Shown in pieces: positions 43,201 to 55,200 of a stretch of 64,000 bases of DNA. Position numbers and translations under genes: made by a program. Below the pieces are notes generated by a model. That model made no database searches and was not told where the DNA came from. It saw nothing but the letters and a program-made list of their open reading frames with translations. The stretch covers positions 802,066-866,065 of the forward strand of contig JAQGDQ010000011.1 of the NCBI GenBank assembly GCA_030141605.1. Direction: 5' to 3'. Each line of letters begins with the position of its first letter. Within the stretch, counting starts at the first letter, position 1. The DNA comes from Tubiluchus corallicola. Lineage: Eukaryota; Animalia; Priapulida.

Positions 43201-46200
43201 TTTGAGTTGAGCGCCTCGAGTTATCTGAGATTGAGGAAACGAATTCTGAAAGCCTTTCACAGTGCGTGATGCTTTCCAGGTCAGCAGCAGAAGATAAAAC
43301 CATGCTTATAATGCTCAGTCCACCCCTCAGGCTGTATTTAGACTAGGGATTATGTAAAATTAATTAGTTCGTCGTTTGGAGAAGTTTGAGAGGCGAGTAG
43401 CAGATATCTGTGGCATCACGCATACCTTGAATGCATATCTATGATTTTGAATCTCTGACCTGCAGTACACACAAGTTTTAAGTGAATAGTTTAGAGTCTT
43501 TGTTGAGTTTTGTTGAAGACAGTTATAGAGGCATAGAATTATGAAGACAACATTCAATTGATGTATGGGTACATCCTGCAGCAGCTGACGGACTAGCAAA
43601 CGGACTAACATCAATGATATGAATAGTAAAGTAAACAGTGGCAAGTGAATGGAGTTTGCTCACCATAATAGATGGCACAAATAGCGATTATTAGTGAATA
43701 ATTTAGAAAAACTAACAATGCAATGTACGAGTATTGTTTTGAACTTCATTGTGGAAGTGATCACGGTTGTGAAAGCGAAGTGTTTGGATTTAATACTTCG
43801 TATTTGATTCAGTAAAGCTTTTTGTTGAATGTGCAGCTTGATATTGATCTGTCTTCACGTGATATTGACATTGTAGAACCCAGTGATTGAGTGTTATGTG
43901 CGAATATTCACCATATACACTCACTTCAAGGCTGCATTATACATATATGTACTTTTTCTTAAGAATTTTACAACCGTTCGATTAAGCTTAAATTAATTTT
44001 ACGCATCTCTGTTGGATTTTGCAATTTTAACTTCGCAATTTCTTATAAAATTAACTAAACGGAATTTTGCTGTTGAGTTTACCCTCTTACTTGTAACATC
44101 TAGCTAGACAACGTGGCTATTAAATTTTCTTATATGACTACTAAATTTTCTTATAAAAATTGTTTATTCTTAAAATACATTATACTACCATTTTGTACCA
44201 TCAAAAGTACATCCTATTTGTCAGAGGTCTGTAAATAGCACAAGGATGATGCCACTTGTTTGTCAGAGGTCTGTAAATAACACAAGGATGATGCCACTTG
44301 TTTTGGTGATTTTCACTATCTCTTGTACAGCTGTTTGACATGCCCTGTGATGGTGTCAGATCATACCAGAAACTTCTCCGTGGTTATCATTTATGTACGC
44401 ACATTTGAACAGACAAAGCATTTGGATCGAGTGTCTGGACCCATTCCAACGGTGAAATAGAGCCGTCCAAGTGCTATAATACCAGAGGACTACAGAAAAC
44501 TGCAATTCTTCCAACTACAAGTTCCTTTCCTCTTGGCTGAATAAATGGATGGGGTTATTTACTCGACTTTTGTTATGATTGCCTATACGTGATCATTGAA
44601 TAGAAGAGGAATTCTCTATTCAGACAGTGTCAAACAACAAGGGGAGATTCACCTATTCCAAGGTCGCGCTATAGCCGGCGGCCATATTGGCTGATTGTTG
44701 TTGTACAGTCTGAGAGTTCGCGTACCGGTTTTACTAGTCTGGCCCCGGGGTTACATGAGTATATAATTCCTTGAACAAACCTTGTCGAGTTTTCACGCTT
44801 TGTCAGAAAAATCCACGTTTTAGAATTCAACTTCTCAGCCCGTGGATTACGAATATTCACGCCCCTTTGTTAAGAGTTTCGCTGTTTCGTACATGCAAAG
44901 TGATAGGTTCTTGAAATAAATGTTTTCTGATGTTTGAGTTGTCTTCAAAGAGCGGTGAACCCTGACATACAACTGTGGTGAAGCTGTTTTTGAAATTAAG
45001 TGCTACATGCAAGCCCCCTGGCATTCACTTCTTCCTTTAGAATTGAAGCATTGCCGTAACCCAAAATCTAATTTTTGCTGTTTTGCTTGATTTTTGGATG
45101 TGGATTTTGTAATAGCTTGTCCATCGATCTTCATTTGTGTTTGACCTTCCCTGTTGATCGTACTAAAATTTCAAACACTACGTGATTATGCATGCTTTAT
45201 TCAATTGCCCACCAGATTAATAATGGATGGTCACTGCATTTCATTGATCAATGGTCAAAGCAAGAATGACTGTGATACTGCATGAAGCTGAATATTTAAT
45301 TTATTTCGCTGTGGTCGCATTGCTTAGGGTAGAGGTAAAGGATCTTTTTTCATAGTGGTTATTATAAAGTAAACGTTGGCATATTGACAGATTCTATTTT
45401 TTGTTGTTTTTGAACCATGTTCTTTTGAGTGCACTAGCTATTTTGTATGTATGCGATTTTACAAATGAAAATATTATCAGGACAAAATATCCTATTCCGG
45501 TCATGTTTTAAACTCTACATGGAATAATTTAAAGTCTATAATCTGTTTACTCGCTCCTTGTTTTTCTTAAACACCGACTTTATAAACAACTTTTTTGCGG
45601 TACGTGTCTAGTTTTTGAGTAGCAAATGATTTTTTATTACAGGAGTCGGCTTTGACGCTACAGCCAGTTTGTCGAGAATACCCGGAAACAGTTGTAGATA
45701 TCAGACGCTGGACGAAGTATCAAGACGGACAGAGTATCCTCCTCACCACCCCATCCGTCCTATTCGGTTCCCGAGTAGAGGTCTACAGGGCTGAGGGCAC
45801 AACACAGTGGTACACTGCCGTCATTTTGTCCTACAATGAGTCTACTCGAGTAAGTAACGGTTCTGTGGTATTGTTTAGTATTACTGTGTATATATTCATC
45901 TACATCCAAGGCAGCTCTACTTGATAAATTTTTACTTCTACGTCACTGGTGCATATTAATGATAAGAGAACAAATGTATTGATAATATCTTGTCCTACTT
46001 GCAAAACTGGTATAACCTGGCATTGCTCATGCAATCACCCACTGATAATGTTTCCTACTATCACACACTATGCCATTTCTTTGTTGAAAGCAGTTAACTA
46101 GTAATAATTTTGCAAAGTGTAATCGGCTGTACAATTGCCGAAGATGATAGATATAATTGTAAGCATTTGTATGCATTACATTCACTGCAAAAACCTGTTG

Positions 46201-49200
46201 GTATTTAATGTGCTGAAGGAATGTTGTTTTTTCTGCTTTATTGTCTGCTTAGCATGACCTTATAGTAGTAATACAACTAGATGGAGCTTTTGCCCTTGGG
46301 GTGTTTGAGCATCATCAAAGCCAAGTTTTGTTCTGCCCATGCTTGAAGTGGCATAGTCAGTGTTAAAGCTTTTGACGTAGAACGCTTCATCTTTTGGGGA
46401 GGGTGTAATGTTGAGGAATATAGAAATATTATAAGTGTTGTTTATTGCAGGAATTGACTGTAACCGATGATACTGTGCTCGAGAACCACAATGAGGATCC
46501 TTCCCTCATTCAGATGAAAATTCTTGGTGATCGAGGTAGGTTTTATTTGTTTTGTCATCGATGTGCTGATGTAGAAAGTAGTAAGATTTGACAAATAAAT
46601 TTGGAGTTTTATGATGCAAGAATGTTTTGACAACATTGAAAAGTCGAAAACGGTAGAGACGGTCAAGTTGTACGAAATGCGGATATGTAAAAGAATTAAA
46701 CATAACACTGTCAATTTTACCAAAATCGACAAAAATAGCGAATTTAGTGAGTTTGGCGGGTTGGTAACTAATGGAGCATATTATAATCCCGAGTTAGACT
46801 CTGGTTTACATTTAAGAGACGTTTGAAATGTTCAAAATGTGATAAAATGGTGCTCGTACGCTGCTTTATTTAAAAGACAGTGTGAAGTGAACAAAATTCT
46901 GCATGTAAGCATACCTGTGAATGTGTTTCGAATTTCTGATTTCTTAATAAGTACAGTAGTAATTGGAAAACTAATGCCATGCAAACAACATCAAATTCAT
47001 TAAACACTGGAAATTTGTATTGTTTCAGCCATTTTTCGTTTGACTTTTTTCAGTAATTGATGCAATTCTAAAAGGTGACAACATCGGAATCGTACCACGA
47101 CGGCGATCGACCGTACAAGCCAAGGAACAAAGTGTTGCAAATGTATGTACACGGTTTTCTCTGTAACACATAAAAATTTTCTAGCGTTTCATAACTTAGT
47201 AAGCTGAGGTTGTCAATTGTTTGACAAACATATCATACTTTGACATTTCCCGGTAATACGGCCCACATGCGATAATTAACATTATTCGAAAATCCCTTAA
47301 TTAAAATTGAGTGATTGCACTTGTTGAATGCACAAATCTGGATCAGCGTATTTACATAACGATGAATCAACATTATTATGCTAAGCAAACACTAGTAAAA
47401 TTGACAGCTAGTGGACTTTGGAAAGAACGTGTTTGGCACAGTGCAAATACACGCACTTGTTGTGCTGTTTTACAGACGTCTAACACGTCAACGAGAACAC
47501 AGCAGAATCATTGTTCTAGTCCACCGTGGAATCTGCCGAAACTACCGCGTCAGTCGCGTCATAGGAACGACTCGACCACGCCATCATTACCAGAACCGAA
47601 ATCTCCTCAACGTAAGCTTGTCTTTTTTATTGCTTGAAAAGGGTTTCATTTTACCTCTACTCATTGTTTTTTTACTAGCAAAATAAATGTGTTTGTAATG
47701 TAATGATGATTTCTGAAACAGTTTGTTTACCTATGGCAGAAGGTTATAAATTTTTTGCGGTAATGTTTTATATGTAACATGGTAAATAATGTGCTACATA
47801 TATTTAGTTATTGCAAATCCTGGACTAGAATTTACTAAAAGTATAAGTACTTTTATTTAGAAACAGTGTCCAAGTTTTTATAATCGTGGCAGTACATATA
47901 TAATTCGAGAGCAGAAGTAATTTGGTTGCTTTTGTTTTCCCCGCAAACTTCGACTTATGTTTTTTCTCGTGTTAAATTGCTTTTGTACCACATACTATTT
48001 TGTTTACTTCCTTTGCAAATGAGCCAGGGTTGCGCCAGTATAGTAACGAATTGTTTATTTTACTTTTAGCAGGTGATAAGCCGAAAACACCATTAGCAAA
48101 ACCACTACCATCATCACCAGTTCAAAAAGTTCAGCCTAAAACGTTTTCTGCTCGCACTCCAACAGTGAAAGCTCAGGGTACCTTTAGAGATAAAGAGAAG
48201 AAACGCCGAAGTGAGGAACTTGAATCGGCAGCAATCATATTGAAACGTGCCAAATCTAGAGAACAGTCGGAAGTCGACGTTTATAGTTCGGAAAAGATAC
48301 TGGATTCCAGTGTGAAAAAAGACGAGAAAAGTGATGCGAGCAAGAGTAAAGTGAAAGCAAAACGCGATAGTAAATCTGTGGTTGTGTTAGAAAACATTAG
48401 CAAAAAACATAGTCGTGAGTTAGTGAGTGAGAAGCAGTTGGACCGAGAGTTACCGCGTTTGAAACAACAGTCGATTTCCACATCTCATGAAGCTAGCGCG
48501 AGTAAAAAGCCTAACCCTCCAAGCTCAAATTCAAAACCAGTGACTAGATTAAAGCAACCCAGAAGGGAAAGTGTTAGTATTCTGAAACCTCTCGTTGAAA
48601 GGGAAGCCAGCCGGTTGCAGTCTGACAGAGACTTGCCGCTGGTGTTATTAGATAGTTTGACAAGTGGCAGTGAAGAGTGTGAGGGTATTAAGGTGCAACA
48701 CAAGGACACTACAGTGATTATAAAAGAGCTAGACTCATTTGTTGCAAAACACGAAAGCAAAATCAGCAGTGAAAAAAGTGGAAATAACGTCAAAATCGTC
48801 ACCAGCACAAGTGTTCCTACAGTTGAAGCTGTGCCTGTGAAAAAAGAAGAATCACATGTGAAACAAGAGAATGTTAAACCTGCAACTAAGGCAGAAACTA
48901 CTAAACCTGAATGTGTACAACTTGAACACGAGAAAAGTAGTGAAATTAGTGACCTAAACGTCAAAGCAAAAGAGGTAAAAAGTGAAAAAGTGAACCTTGA
49001 AAGTGCAAAGCTTGACAATCCTTCCTCAGTCGGCATTGAGTGCAAATCTAACGATCGTGATAATCGGACTTCGGCCAGCTCACGTCTTGTGCCACGAACT
49101 GAACCGCTGTGTACATGGAGAGATCCAGCACACGGTGGCAGTGACACTGAAGTGAGACGCGCGTCTTCTGTGCAGCCCCCTCACAGTATGCAACCACACC

Positions 49201-52200
49201 GAAGTTCCTCCGTCCAACCGAACTACCCTGGAGCTATGACCGAATCACTGCACTCCTCTCTCTCACAGCCGCAACCTCATTCCACGTCATTGTACAATCC
49301 GTTGGGTTATCCGCATCCCATGGGCGCTGCCGGATTGCGGCCCATGGCTCCCCTTAGTGTGATGCAGCGAGATACATACTTGCAGTACCATCAGTTAATG
49401 GCCCAATATCAGGGATATAGTCAAATGAGTCCTGCACAGATGGAACTGTTAAGGCAGCAACAGAAAGCTGCTGGTTATCCAAGTATGCCCCTGCATCAGT
49501 TCTACTCACTGCCCCATCATTACCAAGAGGAAATAGCCAGAGCACGCCTTGCTGATCGAGATCGACTAGAAAGGTGAGTTTTACAATAAAAAACAAATGT
49601 GATGCTGCAAATACTGATTGGTAGTTATTCTGTTGTTCATGCATTATCCTTGCCTCGTTTTTGTTTTTGTTATTTTCATGTGTACTAAATTTTGTTGGTT
49701 TGCAGACATTAATCATCAGTAAATTATCGTGTTTTGTGTGTAAACCAGTTATTGACATAGTACAAACTCTATGCAATTGGCCTGATTCCAGCATATTTTA
49801 GTTTTTCGCTTCTGAAGACAAGGCGTCATTAAAACACAAAAGTGAGCAGAAATTGCTAGCCGGGTTTTTGCCATTAATAGCTGTTTATTTTAGTGTTTGT
49901 TTAGCTGTTTTGCCGAGCATTTCCAAGTGGCATAACCTGCCCCCAAGGCACTCTAGCAACTGGTTTTTGGTTTCTAGTTTATGACGGTGCAGGAAACGCA
50001 AAAACCCAGCCACTGGTTAAGTGAGATAAAATGCAGCTGTGCTAAACTGACTGAAATTTAAAACAAGAAGCCTGTAGGAACGTTTTTGCACGTGGTCTTG
50101 GTCATGTACTGTATTCATGATAGGATTGGTCGGAAATGCCCTGTTATTATTTACCGCGTCAGGCATGGTAGGCTAGCACAACAATGCTAAAATAAATTGT
50201 CCTTTTTTGAGAGTTTAGTAATACAGTTTTTTTAAAAAATTATAATTGCTGTTCTACCTTGTGTAATAAAAAGTCGCCACAATTGTCAAGTTTCAAAATT
50301 TCAAAGGCCAAAACTCGTTCTTGTTATATTTGACTTGTGTACCCATCATTGGGTTTCCTGGAATTTTTGGCTTAGCCAGTTAGAAATGCAATAATATAAG
50401 TAGGATACTTTGCATAAAAAATTATAATTATTAAGTTTGACTACTATACGCCGATTACCACAAAAATTGTATTTATAAATATATTAAAATAGTAAAGCAA
50501 ACAATTTTAGCAATACTAATTTGATAGGTGCGGCCTGATGAATAAAAATTAACGTTACAGTTATACGACATAGTTACTAATGGAAAGGTTTTGTTGTGAC
50601 CAGAAGTCCATTCCCTGCTTCTTCTTAGGTAACCAAAAGCCAAGGCTTAACGTGAATGAGTGTTCATGTGAAATTTCGAGGCCTGAGTTATACAGAACGA
50701 CACTGTTTTCACAATATTTCTTTATCTTTAGAATTATTTTTTACACTGGCTATATTGCTTTTCTTTGAATACAGTTACTGTAAGTTCAGATACCGATTGG
50801 TCATTTGATTTTCTAATACTTGTTTATTGTCATATGCTAAGATCCTTTACATTTTTATCTAGGGAGCAGAAAGAGCAATCGGAGAGAGAGCGAGAACGAA
50901 TAGAACGAGATCGGGCAGAGCGAGACAAGCTAGAGCGGGAAAGACTTGATAGGGAACGGCAGGAGCAGAAGCGAGCCGAACAGGAGCGACTGGAAAAGGA
51001 AAAGGCTGAAAGGGAGCGGTTAGAACGGGAACGGGAACGGCAGCGAGAACAGGAACGAGTGGAACTGAGAAAGAAGGAAGAAGCTGAGGCTGCTGTTACT
51101 CAACATTTTCAAGAATCACTTAGAAAATTTAATAAGGTTAATGTTATTACAATTTCTTTATACTTCTTTATACACTGGTGTGAGTCTGAATTTTATGACA
51201 GTCATTTCGTGTAATAGGTCTGCCACTGCAAGTACAAATTCTTTTTAAGTTGTATGCCATCCATGATCATTTTAAGAATTACAGGCACTTTCTTGTTTTT
51301 GAGAACTCACTATGAACAACAATTATGGTCCAGTAGAGTTGTGCAACATTTTTTTTTGGAAATGGTAGTCTTTGTCTAAGGTGGCAATAAGTTATGTGTT
51401 CATAAGTTGTACATCATTTCAGATGGCTGGTCAGCAAGCACAATGGAGTAATTTGGCTGCAGCTGCTGGGGGCATGCCTCAAGCATCTCCTGTACATTCA
51501 AAGCATGGTGTTATGAAGGAAGAAAGCCGACGGGACCAAAGCCGGGCTGCTGACAGACGAGAATTACAGATGAGTCAAGTAAACTAAAGTTTTACCCTTT
51601 TCTTATAAACTTTTTTTATTCGTAGTTATAATGGCGCATCAAACATTTTGTTAAGTTAGAAAAACCTGTAGTAAGTGCTACTTCATATCAATCTAATTCC
51701 ATATATTAAATTTCAGGAACGCGCTATGAGCTATGATCAGAGAATGGCTGATTTCCATAGGCAACAGCAGTTTTTGGAACATCAGCAGCGTCTTCGTTAC
51801 GAAGAAGCATTGAGACAGAAACAGCAGCAGCATCAGCAACAGCAGCTACAGCAGCAGTCAACTCGACAACTTACGGTATGTCAGTATGATCTGGTAATAA
51901 ATGACCCACTTTTAAATGTTAAGGGAACAGAATTCTTACATAAAGTTTAAAAAATTCGTCTTGAAATGTCGTATCACCTGCATGCTGTCTTATAGCATAC
52001 ACAGCAATGCTGTATAAGCCTTGTAAGTTTAAACTCCCACAGTGATAGTTAGGCTCAGTCATTTTAATGGTCAGCCATTGCGTAAGCAATTAAGGCAAAG
52101 AAATTCAGGTACCATTGTTTAAAGTTAAAAAATGATCAGATCATTCTGAGTGCCAACACACTCTTCTTTAGCTAACCAAAGGTATAAATTACTTTCGCTT

Positions 52201-55200
52201 GTCAATAAGATCAATAATACGTTTTTTGGTGAATCAGTGACATTTGCCAGTTGGTGCAAACATTTTAAACGACTGAGAATTTTCTTTTCCATTTACATAA
52301 GTCTTTCAAACATGTAATCATAATGCTAAGTAGTAACTTTGTATGGAAAATACTTTGTGATTTACTTTTAAGTTAAAATTCCCTTTCTTTCTGTACTTGG
52401 ATGCATACTGCTTTTATTTATTGTGTAAGTTTTAGTTTGAGTTTTTTTATTACAAGTTACATTTAATTAACGAATAACGTTACTTTTCATTGACTTTTAG
52501 CAGCATCAGCAAACTCACCCGGTTAAAAAAGAAGAAAAATCTCCAGGAGAGATAGCACCCCCTCACCGCAATTCACCAAGAGGTGCCGAGATAAAATCGG
52601 AATTTATGCAGGGCCATCCTGCTTATCGCATGTCTTATCCTCTGACCGAAATGGCCGCTCACCACATAAAGCAGGAGGCTAACTTCAGTCTGTATGGATA
52701 TCGGCCATTTCAGCATTCATATATATCGCAGGATAAGCTGGATCAGCTTCAGCAGCAACCTGGACTTCGTGATGAAAAAAAATTTGGTAGTATGGAATAC
52801 GATCGCCAAGGTATTGATGAACGGCAACTGATTGAATACGAGCGCCGTACTGCAGAACACGAGAAGCGAGTTGCGCAATTGGAACGAAAACCGACCGAAA
52901 TGGAGGTGGTGCAGAGAAGTGCGGATGCCGAGAGGCGGCCTCCGGAATTAGAAAGAAGAAGTGCGGAACCCGATCGAAGGACAGGTGTATCACCTGGAAC
53001 AACTTCTCACAATCCAAAGAAACGCTTTCTGGCAAATCCGCCTCCATTGATACGCCATGAGGAGGGATTAGGTAATCGACTGGCAAATGCTTCTGTTGTA
53101 AATGAGCAGGTCCCTACGCCAGCGTCTCCAGCTAGTTGGCATTCTGGGAGATCGTCATCATCTCCTAGACAACAGCGGGAGCGTCCTTCGTCAACGACAG
53201 TAACAGTCATCACTAGTAACACTTCTCCACATAATTCGAGTTCAACATCGCCGCCTACAGCCAATAGAGCGGCAGTACCTCACATGTCCCCAGGGAGCCA
53301 GTTCAGGGGCATGCCTTCACACCAAATGCCATTCCATTCCGATGCGTTAATTCAGCAAGGATTAGTTCCAAATCCCATGTACACGGGTGGTTCAGTGCCT
53401 CCTGGACAACTGCCGTACCACCAGTACACGTCACAGGCAAAACCTGTTGCACAGTCATCATTAGCTCATCCCATGCTTCCTAACATTACTCATCCGCCGG
53501 CTAAGCGAAGAAGCGACATCGCTCGAGAGGAAGAGGAAGTGAAAAAACCACGCCATACAGAAACTACCAATAGTTTGACGCTTGGAGCACCGAAGCCGAA
53601 CATGCCGGATGTTGTTAATATGAGTACTAGTGCATTTAGGGGAATGGAGATGCCACCCCATACTCAGATCTCGACAACCCCAGTTTGGAATGCTAAGAGC
53701 TGCAGTCCTTTGCAAAATACGCAAAACAGTGTGGAGGCACAAGATCATCACCAGCCGCAGCATTACCATCGTTTTGGTGAAGATAAAGCTAGGATACAAT
53801 TGCAGCCTGTTACTGTATCTCCTCCAACTCGCAGCAGCACACCAGGTTCGCAGGGAACGATCGTAACGTCTGTGACTACGATGCCATCTAAAGCATCCAC
53901 ACCCTCGGCTAGTTCTACAACAAGCGAACCAGCAAAAATGTTAACAAATGGCCTAGCAGAATCGGACAGTGAAACACGTAGTGCAGCGAGTTCTCCACCC
54001 GTTTGTCGCGACCAAGCCAGTTCACCCTGCAAAAGCAATCCCACCAAGTTGAAGAAGGCCTGGTTACAGCGGCATTCGGACGAAGATTCAAACAAAGCTC
54101 CAGTGGCAGGTCCCGCTGTCGAAGAAAATAGTCAATCATCGGTTGTGAAATCATGTAAAGTAGATTTGACAATGTCCAAGGCACCAGAGTCTATCAAACT
54201 ATATGATCAGAACAACGAAATTGCCAGCAAAGCAACTAAAGTTAAAAAGCCTTCAACTGAAACAGAAAAGGAACGCAAGACATCTTCGTCAGATAGTCAC
54301 AGCAACATGGATATGTCTGAGGCCAACACTGATAAAACATTAAGGAGTAGAAATAATACAAAACGTGATTCGTCTAAAGATAAAAAGGTTCTGGAGAAGA
54401 ATGGTAAGAAGAAACTGAAAGATTCAGCAGCAGCCAGTTCACCCGCTGTAGAAAATGATCAGAAGAACACGTCACGGGGCCGACCAGCTAGAGCGCAGCA
54501 GAAGAATGTCAAGGATACTGCAAGCACACCTGAGGAAGTTCCGAAGAAACGCGGCAGAAAGCCGAAAGTTGAAAAGGAAAAAACAGAAAAAGATAATGAA
54601 AAGGATGGTAAGTGTAAGCAACTTCCAAACTTTTAACTGTTTAGTGACAACGTTAGACATCTTGTTGTTAAAGAAAAAGCCAAGTCTCCCGAGAAATTGG
54701 GCTTATTTTAATATCTGAGGAAAATGATAGAAAGTTTCAGAAGTAAAATTGTGATGTAAAGTGCCTCATGTAATTAGTAAAATCAGTTTACAGTTACAAT
54801 AACTTCACGCTTGGGTGCACGCCCCTTTTGAATGAAAAATGGCGTCATCCAGTTACCGTGCAATATTAACGCCTGCCAGGTGCTTGAGCAAACTTTTTTG
54901 CAATTATGAACTATATACAACCCAAACATTAAACCGAACATCATAACCATTTAAATTTCCTTTTGTATTTTTAAGCAAGGCATTTTATGTGGTAATTTCT
55001 ATATTTCCAAGTGTGCATTAAAATGCAATAAGTGTTGTTTGAGGGGTTGATTTGTCCTTTAAGTTCCTTTGCTATTTACATAAAACGTAAGCTTTGCAGT
55101 GTAATCCAACAGAAATAAAAATCTGCGATTTATAAAGGTGTAAATTTTTAATAACTTAAATCACCTCTATAGCTGCTTATTTTTATTTTTGTGAATTTAA

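Noticed and set aside
48485-49147. 220-aa minus-strand ORF, and other antisense or off-frame ORFs at 49354-49794, 52685-54718 and 57543-61393
   Set aside because: Shadows of real KDM3 exons, explained by codon bias on the coding strand. No independent domain or splice signals.
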